A stretch of 49,764 nucleotides of DNA from contig NC_068983.1 in assembly GCF_001194135.2 (NCBI RefSeq), positions 69,698,450 to 69,748,213 of the forward strand. Direction: 5' to 3'. This document shows positions 1 to 11,884 of the stretch, piece after piece. Made by a program: the position numbers and the translations under genes. How positions within the stretch are numbered: position 1 is the first letter of the stretch; each line of letters begins with the position of its first letter. This stretch comes from Octopus bimaculoides (Eukaryota). The notes beneath the pieces are model-generated. The model did not search any database and was not told the origin of the DNA. It saw nothing but the letters and a program-made list of their open reading frames with translations.

Positions 1-36
1 TATATATATATATATCGATATATATATATACATACA

Positions 37-67
<31 letters not shown>

Positions 68-130
68 GTATGTATGCATGCATGTACATATGTATGCATT
101 TATGAATCTACATACATACACGCATATATG
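1..130. repeat. (TA)n/(TACA)n compound microsatellite
   Basis: Directly visible tatata and tacataca runs. Confidence 0.95.
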
Positions 131-989
131 TATTTATGTGTCTTTTGTGTATAATGCTATTGTGTATTGTTTATTTGTGAAACAACTTCGACAACTGCAA
201 TATAGCAGCAGCTGCAACAACTGCATTTCGTCTGTAAGAGTAACCATATCAAATGCATATGGATATGTATTTATCATTTTGCAAATGCATTAACTGGTGT
301 AGTTACACCACCATTACTTTATTACACGTATCCTTGCAGCTAACAGCATTGCTATAGTCAACGTAATAGTCGTTATATACTTCACCACCACCACCGCCGC
401 CGCCACCACCACCACNNNNNNNNNNNNNNNNNNNNNNNNNNNNNNNNNNNNNNNNNNNNNNNNNNNNNNNNNNNNNNNNNNNNNNNNNNNNNNNNNNNNN
501 NNNNNNNNNNNNNNNNNNNNNNNNNNNNNNNNNNNNNNNNNNNNNNNNNNNNNNNNNNNNNNNNNNNNNNNNNNNNNNNNNNNNNNNNNNNNNNNNNNNN
601 NNNNNNNNNNNNNNNNNNNNNNNNNNNNNNNNNNNNNNNNNNNNNNNNNNNNNNNNNNNNNNNNNNNNNNNNNNNNNNNNNNNNNNNNNNNNNNNNNNNN
701 NNNNNNNNNNNNNNNNNNNNNNNNNNNNNNNNNNNNNNNNNNNNNNNNNNNNNNNNNNNNNNNNNNNNNNNNNNNNNNNNNNNNNNNNNNNNNNNNNNNN
801 NNNNNNNNNNNNNNNNNNNNNNNNNNNNNNNNNNNNNNNNNNNNNNNNNNNNNNNNNNNNNNNNNNNNNNNNNNNNNNNNNNNNNNNNNNNNNNNNNNNN
901 NNNNNNNNNNNNNNNNNNNNNNNNNNNNNNNNNNNNNNNNNNNNNNNNNNNNNNNNNNNNNNNNNNNNNNNNNNNNNNNNNNNNNNNNN

Positions 990-1090
990 CACACTACCAC
1001 TACTACCACCACCACCACCACCATTATCACCACCGCCGCCACTACGACCTACAACCACACTACCACTACTACCACCACCACCACCATTAA

Positions 1091-1142
<52 letters not shown>

Positions 1143-1160
1143 AACAACAGCAGCAATAAC
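990..1160. repeat. (CAC)n/(AAC)n/(AGC)n triplet microsatellite, continuing from 383-415 across an N gap
   Basis: Directly visible; the gap 416-989 lies between matching CAC tracts. Confidence 0.93.
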
Positions 1161-1207
1161 ACCGACATGACGCTAATATAACCTACTACGAATCAAGTCG
1201 TTCGGCT

Positions 1208-1413
1208 TGTTAGAAATAAATCTCAATCAAACGGTATCCCAACCACGGGCCCACCTTTACCATTGAACTGACCAAACAGGGTGTCACTAAGTGGTCGTTC
1301 AATGTGTTAGAAATAAATCTCAATCAAACGGTATCCCAACCACGGGCCCACCTTCACCATTGAACTGACCAAACAGGGTGTCACTAAGTGGTCGTTCAAT
1401 GTGTTAGAAATAA
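1208..1413. repeat. 97-bp tandem duplication (2 copies + 12 bp)
   Basis: tgttagaaataa recurs at 1208, 1305 and 1402. The two units differ at about one position (ctttac/cttcac). Confidence 0.95.
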
Positions 1414-1560
1414 CAGCAAAATTTCTCTCAAATCATACCCTACAAGTACCCTAAAATAATATAAGTTAAATATGTTCTGAGTTCCCTGTGCATAGTATAA
1501 AAGTGCGATGGTCACGAATGGAATGTCTTTGATCATCGCTCTGACCTGGGACTAAACAGC
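1395..1560 (+). mobile_element. Fragment of an old dispersed repeat family, probably a retroposon 3' portion
   Basis: Motifs gaaataacagc..tctctcaaatca.accct and gatggtca..tggaatg.ctttgatcat recur at about 9975-10085 (+), 20530-20600 (-), 25370-25510 (+), 31620-31800 (-), 33540-33600 (-) and 43150-43220 (-). Confidence 0.6.
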
Positions 1561-2703
1561 TGACCCTCTGCCCTCCTTTTGTCTGTTAGATGGAATCGGA
1601 GCTAATGTTACACGGACACAAACCACCACGACTACCTTCAGCATGACGACATCCTCTCTTTACTCCTACCCACCTTCTCCTTCCACCCTCTCCCTTCAAC
1701 GTCACCCCTCCCTCGTTACCCCACTCCTACACATTCCAACCCCACCATCCCTATACATCCCATCCCATCCCTTAGACCCCACACTTGCTTCCCCAACTCT
1801 CGCCTCCCCCACACTCCAACACCATCACACCACACCACCACCACCACCACACCACAATAGCACACCACACACCACCATACCTCACCACACCACATCACCA
1901 CCCCGCACACACTAGCACTGACCACTTCCCAGCACCTACACCATCATCCACACACCTACACATGNNNNNNNNNNNNNNNNNNNNNNNNNNNNNNNNNNNN
2001 NNNNNNNNNNNNNNNNNNNNNNNNNNNNNNNNNNNNNNNNNNNNNNNNNNNNNNNNNNNNNNNNNNNNNNNNNNNNNNNNNNNNNNNNNNNNNNNNNNNN
2101 NNNNNNNNNNNNNNNNNNNNNNNNNNNNNNNNNNNNNNNNNNNNNNNNNNNNNNNNNNNNNNNNNNNNNNNNNNNNNNNNNNNNNNNNNNNNNNNNNNNN
2201 NNNNNNNNNNNNNNNNNNNNNNNNNNNNNNNNNNNNNNNNNNNNNNNNNNNNNNNNNNNNNNNNNNNNNNNNNNNNNNNNNNNNNNNNNNNNNNNNNNNN
2301 NNNNNNNNNNNNNNNNNNNNNNNNNNNNNNNNNNNNNNNNNNNNNNNNNNNNNNNNNNNNNNNNNNNNNNNNNNNNNNNNNNNNNNNNNNNNNNNNNNNN
2401 NNNNNNNNNNNNNNNNNNNNNNNNNNNNNNNNNNNNNNNNNNNNNNNNNNNNNNNNNNNNNNNNNNNNNNNNNNNNNNNNNNNNNNNNNNNNNNNNNNNN
2501 NNNNNNNNNNNNNNNNNNNNNNNNNNNNNNNNNNNNNNNNNNNNNNNNNNNNNNNNNNNNNNNNNNNNNNNNNNNNNNNNNNNNNNNNNNNNNNNNNNNN
2601 NNNNNNNNNNNNNNNNNNNNNNNNNNNNNNNNNNNNNNNNNNNNNNNNNNNNNNNNNNNNNNNNNNNNNNNNNNNNNNNNNNNNNNNNNNNNNNNNNNNN
2701 NNN

Positions 2704-2974
2704 NGCTTCAGCCATTTTTTGACAAGGAAATAATAATTTTATCACCGCCGCGAATCGTTTGTTTACGTAGTCAGCACTTAATTTTTACGGCTGAATGGAC
2801 GTCAGTCATTGGTTGAAATTACAGAAATATGACAACTTTAACATGAAATAACTTGCGATGTACGTTTTTTTGTTAAGAAGACTAAGAGAAAAAGATGTTT
2901 TATATGACACATTCTACCAGTGTCCCAAGTTTCAAAGTGTTTCGTTAAGAAAATACTGGTGCCCCCGTTTTGAA
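2704..2974. mobile_element. One arm of the GGATCT-TIR/TTAGGG MITE family; the rest is lost in the gap
   Basis: Reverse complement of the 6090-6290 arm (gacgtcagtcattggttgaaattt...gacacattctaccagtgtcccaagtttc...ctggtgcccccgtttt). Confidence 0.85.
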
Positions 2975-2981
2975 CACTACA

Positions 2982-2985
2982 TCTA

Positions 2986-3056
<71 letters not shown>
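2982..3056. repeat. (TATC)n microsatellite
   Basis: Directly visible. Confidence 0.97.
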
Positions 3057-3336
3057 GTGAGTCTTTGTGTTTGTGTTTGGCCTCTACTACCGCTCAAGAC
3101 CCAGTGCTGGTTTGTTTACAGTCTTGTAACCTGGTAATTAGGCAAAAGAGACCTGCAGAATAAATAACAAGTTTAATAAGTGCTTCGAACTAATTAATGT
3201 CCGACTAAACATCCTTCCAGATGTCTCAGCATGGCCGCTGTCCAGTAATGGACACAAGTAAAAAGGTATAGATAAATCTTCCTAAAATTACTCCCCATCA
3301 GGAAGAAGACACTGGATAATGTAGTCCAAGATATTT

Positions 3337-3977
3337 TGGTTTTAAATTTTAGCACAAGGCCAGCAATTTCGCAGGAGGGACCTAGTCAATTACATCGTTC
3401 CCAGCGCTCAACTGGTACCTGTTTCATAGACCCCTAAATGATAAAAGGAAACGCCGACCTTGGTGGGAGCTGAATTCAGAACGTAGTGACTCATGAATTG
3501 CCGCCAAGCAGTGCTAACAATTCTTTTCTATTATAGGCACAAGGCCTGAAATTTTGGGGGTGGGGGCTAGTCTATTACATTGACCCTAGTGTTTCACTGG
3601 CACTTAATTTGTCAACCCCAGAAAGGATGAACAGCAAAGTCGACCGCAGCAGAATTCGAACTCAGAACGTGGTGGCGGAATTCGAACTCAGAACGTGGCG
3701 GCAGATGAAATACCGCTTAGCATTTCGCCCGGCGTGCTAACGATTCTTATTTCTTTATTACCCACAAGGGGCTAAACACAGAGGGGACAAACAAAGACAG
3801 ACAAAAGGATTAAGTCGATTACATCGACCCTAGTGCGTAACTGGTACTTAATTTATCGACCCCAAAAGGATGAAAGGCAAAGTCGACCTCGGCGGAATTT
3901 GAACTCAGAACGTAACAGACGAAAAACCGTTAAGCATTTCGCCCGGCGTGCTAACGATTCTGCCAGCTTGCCGTCTT
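3337..3977 (-). mobile_element. Head-to-tail trimer of tRNA-derived SINEs (Meta/MESC-like central domain) with three different 3' tails
   Basis: Minus strand has an A-box-like TGGCAGAATCGTTAG, a B-box-like GAGTTCAAATTCC and a central GCCTTTCATCCTTT.GGGGTCGATAAATTAAGTACCAG. Units join at about 3744 and 3520. There is a 26-bp internal duplication at about 3652-3700. The domain name is from recall. Confidence 0.9.
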
Positions 3978-4223
3978 AATGTAATTCGACGTATATTAAA
4001 TATCATGTTTCGATAGAAAATGAGATGTTCACAGGCTCAGCTGATTTTGATCAATTAGTCTGCTGACAACAACAGCAAAACAACACGCAGCCACTACCAT
4101 CATCAATAATGTCACAGTGTCCCTCCTTTACCTGTCTGCTATGGTTTTCATACGTACAACTCACTCAGAATATGGCATAAGCAATGCCAAAGAAAGTTTC
4201 GGTTTTCAGCGACACTTCTCTGC

Positions 4224-4480
4224 TTGGTGTGTCGTCGTCGTTGTTGTTGTTTATTGTCGATGCTGTTGTTGTTGTTGTTGTTATTGTCGATGCTGTTGTT
4301 ATTGTTGCTGGTGTTGTTGATGCTGTTGTTGTCTTTGTCATCGTCACCAAAAAACCACCACCACCACCACCACCACTGTTACCGCCACGGCCGCTTCCCC
4401 CACCATTATTATTACTATTATGACTGATGTTCATGTGGTTACAACTATTACTGCTACTGCCGCTGCTGCTGCTGCTACTA
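4224..4480. repeat. (GTT)n/(CAC)n/(CTG)n triplet repeat patchwork
   Basis: Directly visible; it generates the poly-V/L/P/H spurious ORFs. Confidence 0.9.
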
Positions 4481-4489
4481 CTAAGGTTC

Positions 4490-4710
4490 TTTAGAGCATC
4501 GGAAAAAATGTCTTGCGGTATTACATCCGGTTCTTTACATTCCGAGTTCAATTCCCGCCGAAAACAATTTTGCATTTTTGCTTTCGGGAGATGGATTGGG
4601 ATGAGAGGGGGAGCAATAAAATGAAATACCAGTCATATGCTGGAGTCGGTGGTATCGATATCGGTTACCTGCTCCCCTTCAAAATTGTTCACCTTGAACT
4701 TAAATCAGAA
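4490..4710 (+). mobile_element. Degenerate SINE of the same superfamily
   Basis: aaatgtcttgcggtatt...ccgagttcaattcccgccga...tttgctttcggg...aaataccagt matches the 8512 copy with many substitutions. Confidence 0.65.
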
Positions 4711-4762
4711 ACAACAACAACCACCACCACTACTACTACTACTACTGCTGCTGCTGCGGCTG

Positions 4763-4838
<76 letters not shown>

Positions 4839-4895
4839 CGCTGTTCCTTCTACATGAGCTGCTACCGTTGATGCTGCTGTTGCTGCTACTGCATG
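4710..4895. repeat. (ACT)n/(GCT)n triplet microsatellite at the SINE tail
   Basis: Directly visible. Confidence 0.95.
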
Positions 4896-5643
4896 AATAT
4901 GTGACCTTGTCCCTGAGTTAGAATTCGTTATTGGCGTTGCAGGTAGGAAATCATCTCGCAGTTTCACAGTTCCAAATCTATCTGGGTCAGCTTAGTATTT
5001 CATCTTTATGTGATCGATAAAAATCAATAAAATCAACACCATAATCATCATGATGCATAGAATTGGTTTTGGGTCGGGTATGTCAGATGTATGTATGTAT
5101 GTGCTGTGAGCGTTGCGTGCGTGCGTCTGCGTCTGCGTTCAGAAACGGAAAAATGTAAAAGCGAGTAAAGAGAAATATAAATGTGTAATTGGCAGCTGGA
5201 GGAGAGAGAGAATCATAGCTATAGATAAATAGATAAAGGTAGTTCAGCTTGCTAGGTACATGGATGTGTATGTGAGGTTCAGTAGAAATAAACACCGTTA
5301 TGAAGAGCGAGAGAGAGTGAGAGGGGGTGGGGAGAAAAAGAGAAAGAGCAGACGACATCCTGTAGCACCCTGGGAAGAACAGAAACAGACGACATAACAT
5401 CCTATTTTGCTTGTTCTGTCTTATGTTACATAGGTGGAAGTTTAGCTTGATTTTGGTTATAATATTTCGAATTAATACTTACATATTTTTAATTAATATA
5501 TATATGTATTTAATTAGAGGATATGTCAACCTCGTGAAGGGATGGTTGCATCCAAGGAAATGCTGGTTCAATACCTAGTATTTTTGGGGAATAAAATTCC
5601 CTTAAAACAATAGGCATATATTAAGCGTATTATTTATATCCAT

Positions 5644-5838
5644 TTAAAAGAAGAAAAGAAAATGGAGATAAGGAAGTTGATAATTGTTTATTATTAACAA
5701 ATTGGTCAGCTTCGATTCTTACAGCCAAATAATAAACAATTATTAGTTTATTATTTCGCTGTAAGAAGCGAAGATGACCAATTTGTTAATAATAAAGAAT
5801 TATTAACTTCCTCATCTCCATTTCTTTTCTTCTTTTAA
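5644..5838. repeat. 195-bp foldback palindrome (arms 94 and 93 bp, 8-nt loop)
   Basis: Manual alignment of 5644-5737 with the reverse complement of 5746-5838 gives 6 substitutions and 1 indel; the loop is aattatta. Confidence 0.95.
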
Positions 5839-5882
5839 TGTATAAACACACACACACATATACATACATATGTACATACATG

Positions 5883-6863
5883 GAAAAGGATGCGTTGCGT
5901 TCGATCATATAATAATATAAATAATATATAAATATATGCATATATCCATGCATATATGTACATACCTACATATATATGTATATATGTACATGCATATATG
6001 GGTACAGGACATCGAAAAACGTTAAATAATGAGAAACGAAAATATAAAAACGAAAACATAGAAAACGAACTTTTTTTTCGGATCTATTTTAAAACGGGGG
6101 CGCCAGTATTTTCTTAACGAAACACTAACGAAACACTTAGAAACTTGGGACACTGGTAGAATGTGTCATATAAAACATCTTTTACTGTTAGTCTTCTTAA
6201 CAAAAAAAAAAAGGAATTCGCAAGTTATTCCATGTTAAAGTTGTCGTATTTCTGTAATTTCAACCAATCACTGATGTCTATTCAGCCCAATAGAGTTACT
6301 GCTGGGCGGTCATAAAGATGTTATTCCCTGTGACATATTTCATCCGGTTTAATCGTAATTTATACGCATATATTGTTTATATAATAAATTACGCTGTGCG
6401 TATCTATGTGTGTAACAATTTTACAGTTCGGATTCTAGAGTTAGGGTTAATTTTAGGGTTACGGTTAGGGTTACGGTTACGGTTAACAGTCTAGTTAGGG
6501 TTAGGGTTAGGGGATTAATACGATATACACCGTTACAGCGCTAACTGTTTTCAACTGAATAGACGTCAGTGATTAGTAGAAATTATCGAAATAAGACAAT
6601 TTTTTACATGAAATAAATACGAATACAAAAATATTTTTCTGTTCTATAACACAAAATAGATAAGTATACGAAGTTTGAAAGTCTTTCTGTACCAAAAACA
6701 CTACATAAAACATAAATGAAAACTGGCGCCCCCGTTTTAAAATAGATCCTTTTTTTCGAACAAAGCAAAAAACAAACAGAGAAACGAGACATGCAACATA
6801 AAGAGTATATCCCTTTGTCAGTTGTCCCTGTTTCATCTATTCCGCGTTCCGAAGGCAAGGACA
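5883..6863 (+). repeat. Local duplication, copy 1 (interrupted by the MITE at 6080-6749)
   Basis: 5883-6079 plus 6750-6863 align to 7301-7575. Confidence 0.9.
6080..6749. mobile_element. Complete non-autonomous DNA transposon (MITE) with long inverted arms and internal TTAGGG-type repeats
   Basis: Perfect 28-bp TIR ggatctattttaaaacgggggcgccagt / actggcgcccccgttttaaaatagatcc. Imperfect inverted arms extend about 220 bp. TSD is tttttttc (6072-6079, 6750-6757). ttaggg/ttacgg repeats lie at 6441-6512. Confidence 0.92.
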
Positions 6864-7300
6864 ATACGCGACTTCGTTGAAACAGTCATTCCCGCAAAGC
6901 AAATTAAATAAAATTTGAGATTTTTTGCGAAGGGTGAAAGTGTTAACAAGAATAGGACAGTGATAACAAGACAGTAAAAACAAACGGTGAGGGCTGTTGA
7001 GCCAAGATGATACAAAAATTATTATGAACGCTAGATAGACGTGCCATGAGGAGACAGGAAAGGCACGTCTTTTCTTTAGGAAGGAAGTGGACAGAAAGAA
7101 CGATCCCCTTTCGTCACGTGTCAGCGACGAGAGAATCAAAGAGGAAGAGTAAGAGAAACATGGAACGGTGAAAGGGAAAGAAGAATAGGGAAAGGGTGGG
7201 AGAGAAAAACAGAAAGGATGAAGAACAAGAGAGGGAGAGAGATAGATAGAGAAGAGATAGTAGAAGAGTGCGCATCGTAATTATTAAGATAAAACTTACT

Positions 7301-7575
7301 TGAAAAAGGATGCATGGTGTTCGATCATATAATAATATAAGTAATATATAAATATATGCATATATCTGTACATACCATATGTATATATACATGCATATAT
7401 GGGTACAGGACATAAAAAAAAACGTTAAACACAATGAGAAACGAAAACATAGAAAACGAACTTTTTTTCGAACAACGAAAAAAGCAAACAGAGAAACGAG
7501 ACATGCAACATAAAGAGTATAGCCCTTCATCAGTTGTCCCTGTTTCATCTACATCACGTTTCGAAGGCATGGACA
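7301..7575 (+). repeat. Local duplication, copy 2 (empty site for the MITE)
   Basis: Reads aaaacgaac-tttttttc-gaaca at 7453-7474, with a single copy of the target. Confidence 0.9.
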
Positions 7576-7639
7576 TGTGTATATATGCATACATATATAT
7601 AGACAAATATACATAGACATTAACACATACACATATATG

Positions 7640-7675
<36 letters not shown>

Positions 7676-7859
7676 TATATTAAAAGAGATTGACATAGTA
7701 GGGATATGAGTGTGTGTGAGTACAGGTGGTATCCGTCATTCAGCTATAACGATTGTGTTTTACGATCAACTGAATTACTTCTGAAAAATGGGTAAGTAGC
7801 AGAGTATTCTGCAAAAATATGTACTCTTACGCCGAATCAACGCGATCGACACTGTGCAT

Positions 7860-8064
7860 GGAAAGATTGTAAGTCTTTGAACTACTGGCACAATCCGCCC
7901 GAAAGGCTTTTGTACAGTTTCCGGCTTTGAAATTTCATTACTAAGTTCGGGTCAATCCGAGATCATAAAAAATTACGCTTGCCCAAGCTGCCACCTTCTG
8001 GGATCAAAACCAGGACCTCCTTGCTGCAAAGAGAACTTCTTAACCATGCGGCCATATTGCGCTT

Positions 8065-8065
<1 letters not shown>
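7860..8065 (-). mobile_element. Degenerate tRNA-derived SINE (cttgggcaag-containing family)
   Basis: Plus strand reads cgcttgcccaagctgccaccttctgggatcaaaacc...cttcttaaccatgcggcca, related to the 43437 copy. Confidence 0.6.

Positions 8066-8150
<85 letters not shown>
8066..8150. repeat. (CA)n microsatellite
   Basis: Directly visible. Confidence 0.97.
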
Positions 8151-8153
<3 letters not shown>

Positions 8154-8511
8154 GAGAGTGTGGAAGAGTGGAAAGGACAGAGGGAGAGAGTGACTGAGAC
8201 CATTAGCNNNNNNNNNNNNNNNNNNNNNNNNNNNNNNNNNNNNNNNNNNNNNNNNNNNNNNNNNNNNNNNNNNNAGGAATAAACATGTTGGAATACATTA
8301 GGCTTGGACTGATGAAGATGGGTTTAAACTAGGATTTAAGGCCAGATGTAGACCTTGATTCAAGCAAGGAAAAAATCACTGTAAACATTGATTATGCAAA
8401 GATCAGTTCTATATACACATTCGATGTCTAAATATTTCATCATTTTAAATTTGCTTTTCAAGAATTATTTTCCTCTGAAACCGTGTGCTGAAACCAATAT
8501 TATTATATTTC

Positions 8512-8725
8512 AAGGCGGCGAGCTGGCAAAAACGTTAGCACGCCAGGCGAAATGCTTAGCGGTATTTCATCTGCCTTTACGTTCTGAGTTCAAATTCTAC
8601 CGAGATCAACTTTGCCTTTCATCCTTTCGGGGTTGATAAATTAAGTACCAGTTTCGTACTGGGGTCGATCTAATCGACTGGTTCCCTCCCCAGAAATTTC
8701 GGGCCTTGTGCCTAGAGTAGAAAAG
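8512..8725 (+). mobile_element. Full-length tRNA-derived SINE (Meta/MESC-like) with 16-bp TSD
   Basis: Starts aaggcggcgagctggc and has A/B-box-like motifs. The perfect TSD aatattattatatttc is at 8496-8511 and 8726-8741. Confidence 0.93.
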
Positions 8726-11399
8726 AATATTATTATATTTCGGAAGTCATACTAATAAAGCTTATAAACTCTCCAGTTGTTTGTCCAATATTTTTTCTTT
8801 TCCACCAAATATTTTCACTACACAAAACCCATGGCCTTCTTAATGGACATATATTTTTATATGCTTTGGAGTTTCAACTGATCTTATTCATACTATATCT
8901 GTATACCAAGAATTGAAGCGGTGATATGTTACTGTATTGGTGTTTATTTTTTATTTTGTATTATCTTATTGCTACTCATATAAGAACACATGTATGTATG
9001 TATGTATGTATGTATGTATGTATGTGACTGACTTTGTTAGTTCTAACCTTGTACCTTTACTCTTAATTATTGTGGTGGTGGGTTGTATGGTGGCGTTTTT
9101 ACACCATTCATTTTTTTATGCTGAGTGTATATGAACGAGGTTTCTGCTTCCTGTAATGTGTCAATGTTAGATTTTTGGATGTTGTGTTTCTGTGCGGAAG
9201 GTTGATAGAATAGTGTTATTTGCTTTTCATTATATTCTTTCTAGTGGCCTGCAACGCTTTCACATAAATTGCCGGCTATTTCTCCCTTATAGACTGTAGT
9301 AATATTCAAGTACCTTATAATTTTTACACTGATACACAACCTCAAAAATACAAATGCAAACACGTAAACTACTATTAGAGTACTATACACGCGGAAATAG
9401 AGGTAACATCTGTTTTATCATTATCACCAACGTATGCTATATACAGGAAGACACTGCAAACAACTTTCAGGCCACAAATAAAAACCTATCTTTATTGTTT
9501 AGACTTAGAAATAATCATGAACTTGCCCCTGATCCATTTACTGAATACCATCCTGACCAGTTTGTGAAACCAACAGATCCAGAAACTACAGGCCATCATA
9601 TTTCCTCACAATCGTCATATGACCACTAATAGAAGTGTCTCTAGATGTCTTCAGCAACACTGGAAATCTCCACAGTAGAAACAGTGACGGTGATCACTCT
9701 TATGACCTTACAGATGACTGCATGATAGGTGACATGTATATAATACAAGTATATCCATAAAATGATTCGCTCAGAGATTTAACATTGATATTGATTTTAC
9801 AGTACAAAAAAATGTGAAGAGATAATTTGTGAGAGTGATATAGTGTTCTACAAAGTTGATACCAACGAACCTCTCATAAAACTTACATGTGATAATGGAT
9901 ACGATCTGAAAAAGTTTTGCTCTACCAGACCAGAACAAAGTAGACCAGCTACCATTATTTCGGCAGTAAAGTAAAATCACAACCTAAAGTTTCTTAAAAA
10001 AGATACAATGGATAATGTCTTACATATATTATATTCTGGCCTCTGATCATAGATCTGTTTGATCAATGCTGACATTAAGCTACTCGACAACCATATATAC
10101 TATTTTAATTTTTACTTCCAGTTCGATTGTTAGTATCATAGACCATTACTAATTTACCAACTGTGATCGCTATCCTTTGTAGCCGTTACTGCAGGCTCGT
10201 TGTAGCGATTAAACTATTTGTCTGCTTCAAAGTTTAAGCGAATTTTATGTCTATATAAATAATCAGTCAGAGAGTAGTGGGAAGCAAGTAACATCTGTGA
10301 CGTCATCAAGGGACACTGTTGTGTAATGCTAAACTGCATTTCCCGCTGAATTTAACAGTTTTTCCATTTGCTTTTGGGTCAGAGCCTACATCTGTCTATA
10401 AATATGGATCTTTGCACCAACTTGAAGCAGATGCTGAAAAGATGCTGCTAGAATATTGTAAAACATTGCTGAAAAAATGAAAGGCCCGCAGACTACCATA
10501 TTAGAATTTTTACTTGCGACTCTCAAAATATTAGAATTGTAGAATTCTATTTCTTTTTGCAATTTAATAACAATCTTTTGACAGTATTTAAACAATACAT
10601 CTACCATACAACACACAACTCTCTTTCAAAGGAAAAACAATTTTTTGTAAGTATTATAGGTTGCAACTGTCTTACAACTCCCTTGAAGTAGGATGATACA
10701 TTATTGTCTGTGTTGTAAGAAATTTTTGCATTGGGCCTCATCAATTACAGTTCTTCTAAATTGCTCTTTCTTCCACTCTACACAAAAATGATATTCTTTC
10801 TTTCATGCACAATTTCTACCTGGTCGTTGTTTGCTCTCTTTCTCCTGATGTTTTGGACTAAAGTATGCACAAATTCAGACCGTACCTATAATTTATTTTA
10901 TTAAATTAAATTGTTATTTTGAAACGATTTGTCTTTTTGCTTCTGTATACGTGTGTCATTTGATTAACTTGACCTGATAATATTTATGATGCGACAGGCG
11001 ACAGGCTTGTGCGGTCGGTTGTACTTGTATTCTCGAATCGAAGCTAATGAAGAGTTCTTTTCTTAATGCAGTCATTATTATTACATCCACATATCTTGAT
11101 ATCCTTTCCGCCATAAATCATTCTTTCTTCATCAAATTTGACATTTGAAATAAATTCCATTTGAACATTTATATAACATTAACGATAATTTCTAATTTAA
11201 ACATGAATCTTAGAGGTTACATGAGGTGGAAAATTGGGAACTGATGACGTTTATGTCGTTCACAATGTAATTAGCAATACATGGGAAGTGAAATTGAAAT
11301 TGAAAGTGTTTCAAGATTTAGATTGTCAAGATTCCACTGCTATAACTCAGCACTCATCTCTGACTGAACAATAATTTCTTTTATTGGTAAAGGCAAACA

Positions 11400-11570
11400 A
11401 TTTCCAATGAAGTTTAGTCGATTTAAACGTCCTCCAGCATATCACCGCTATTTGCTTCATCTGCCTCTGAAAGACGAAAAGAAGCGTGGATCATGTTGAT
11501 ATTTAAAATCAGAACATACAGAAATGTAACTAAACACTATTCTCTGCTGCCAATTCTTCCACTTCATTGC
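11400..11570 (-). mobile_element. Old degenerate SINE
   Basis: tagtcgatttaaac.tcc.ccagc...gaaagacgaaaagaagcgtgg...aaatcagaac is the reverse-complement pattern of the Meta-like SINE. Confidence 0.5.
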
Positions 11571-11884
11571 ACTCCTTCTGTTACGATGGTGATGGTAATA
11601 ATAATTAAGGATTTTTGTCCTACAACTCAATATCTCATTTTCATTCTAACTTTTTTTTCTCTGACCTGTCGCACGAGGTCCGAGGAAGAAAATAATGTTT
11701 AACAACGCTAGGTAACATTAATGATCTCTCAGTTTAAATTTATTTTCCCCTTGTTCCCGTCTACATTATTGTTATTGTTGTTGTTGTTTCTTAGACACAA
11801 AGCCTCAAATGTGGGTAATGATTAGGTATGCGAACGTGATAGGTGTTTAGTTCCATGCCTTTTTATTTTAGTCCAGACCGAATA

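Noticed and set aside
9678-9693. Exact 16-mer gaaacagtgacggtga shared with 33822-33837 (both can read NSDG)
   Set aside because: Similarity does not extend on either side, and one 16-mer match within about 43 kb of called sequence is not far from chance expectation.
10390-10870. Possible decayed coding sequence on the minus strand upstream of the hAT fossil
   Set aside because: All frames have stops and I could not recognise any protein motif; blastx would be needed.
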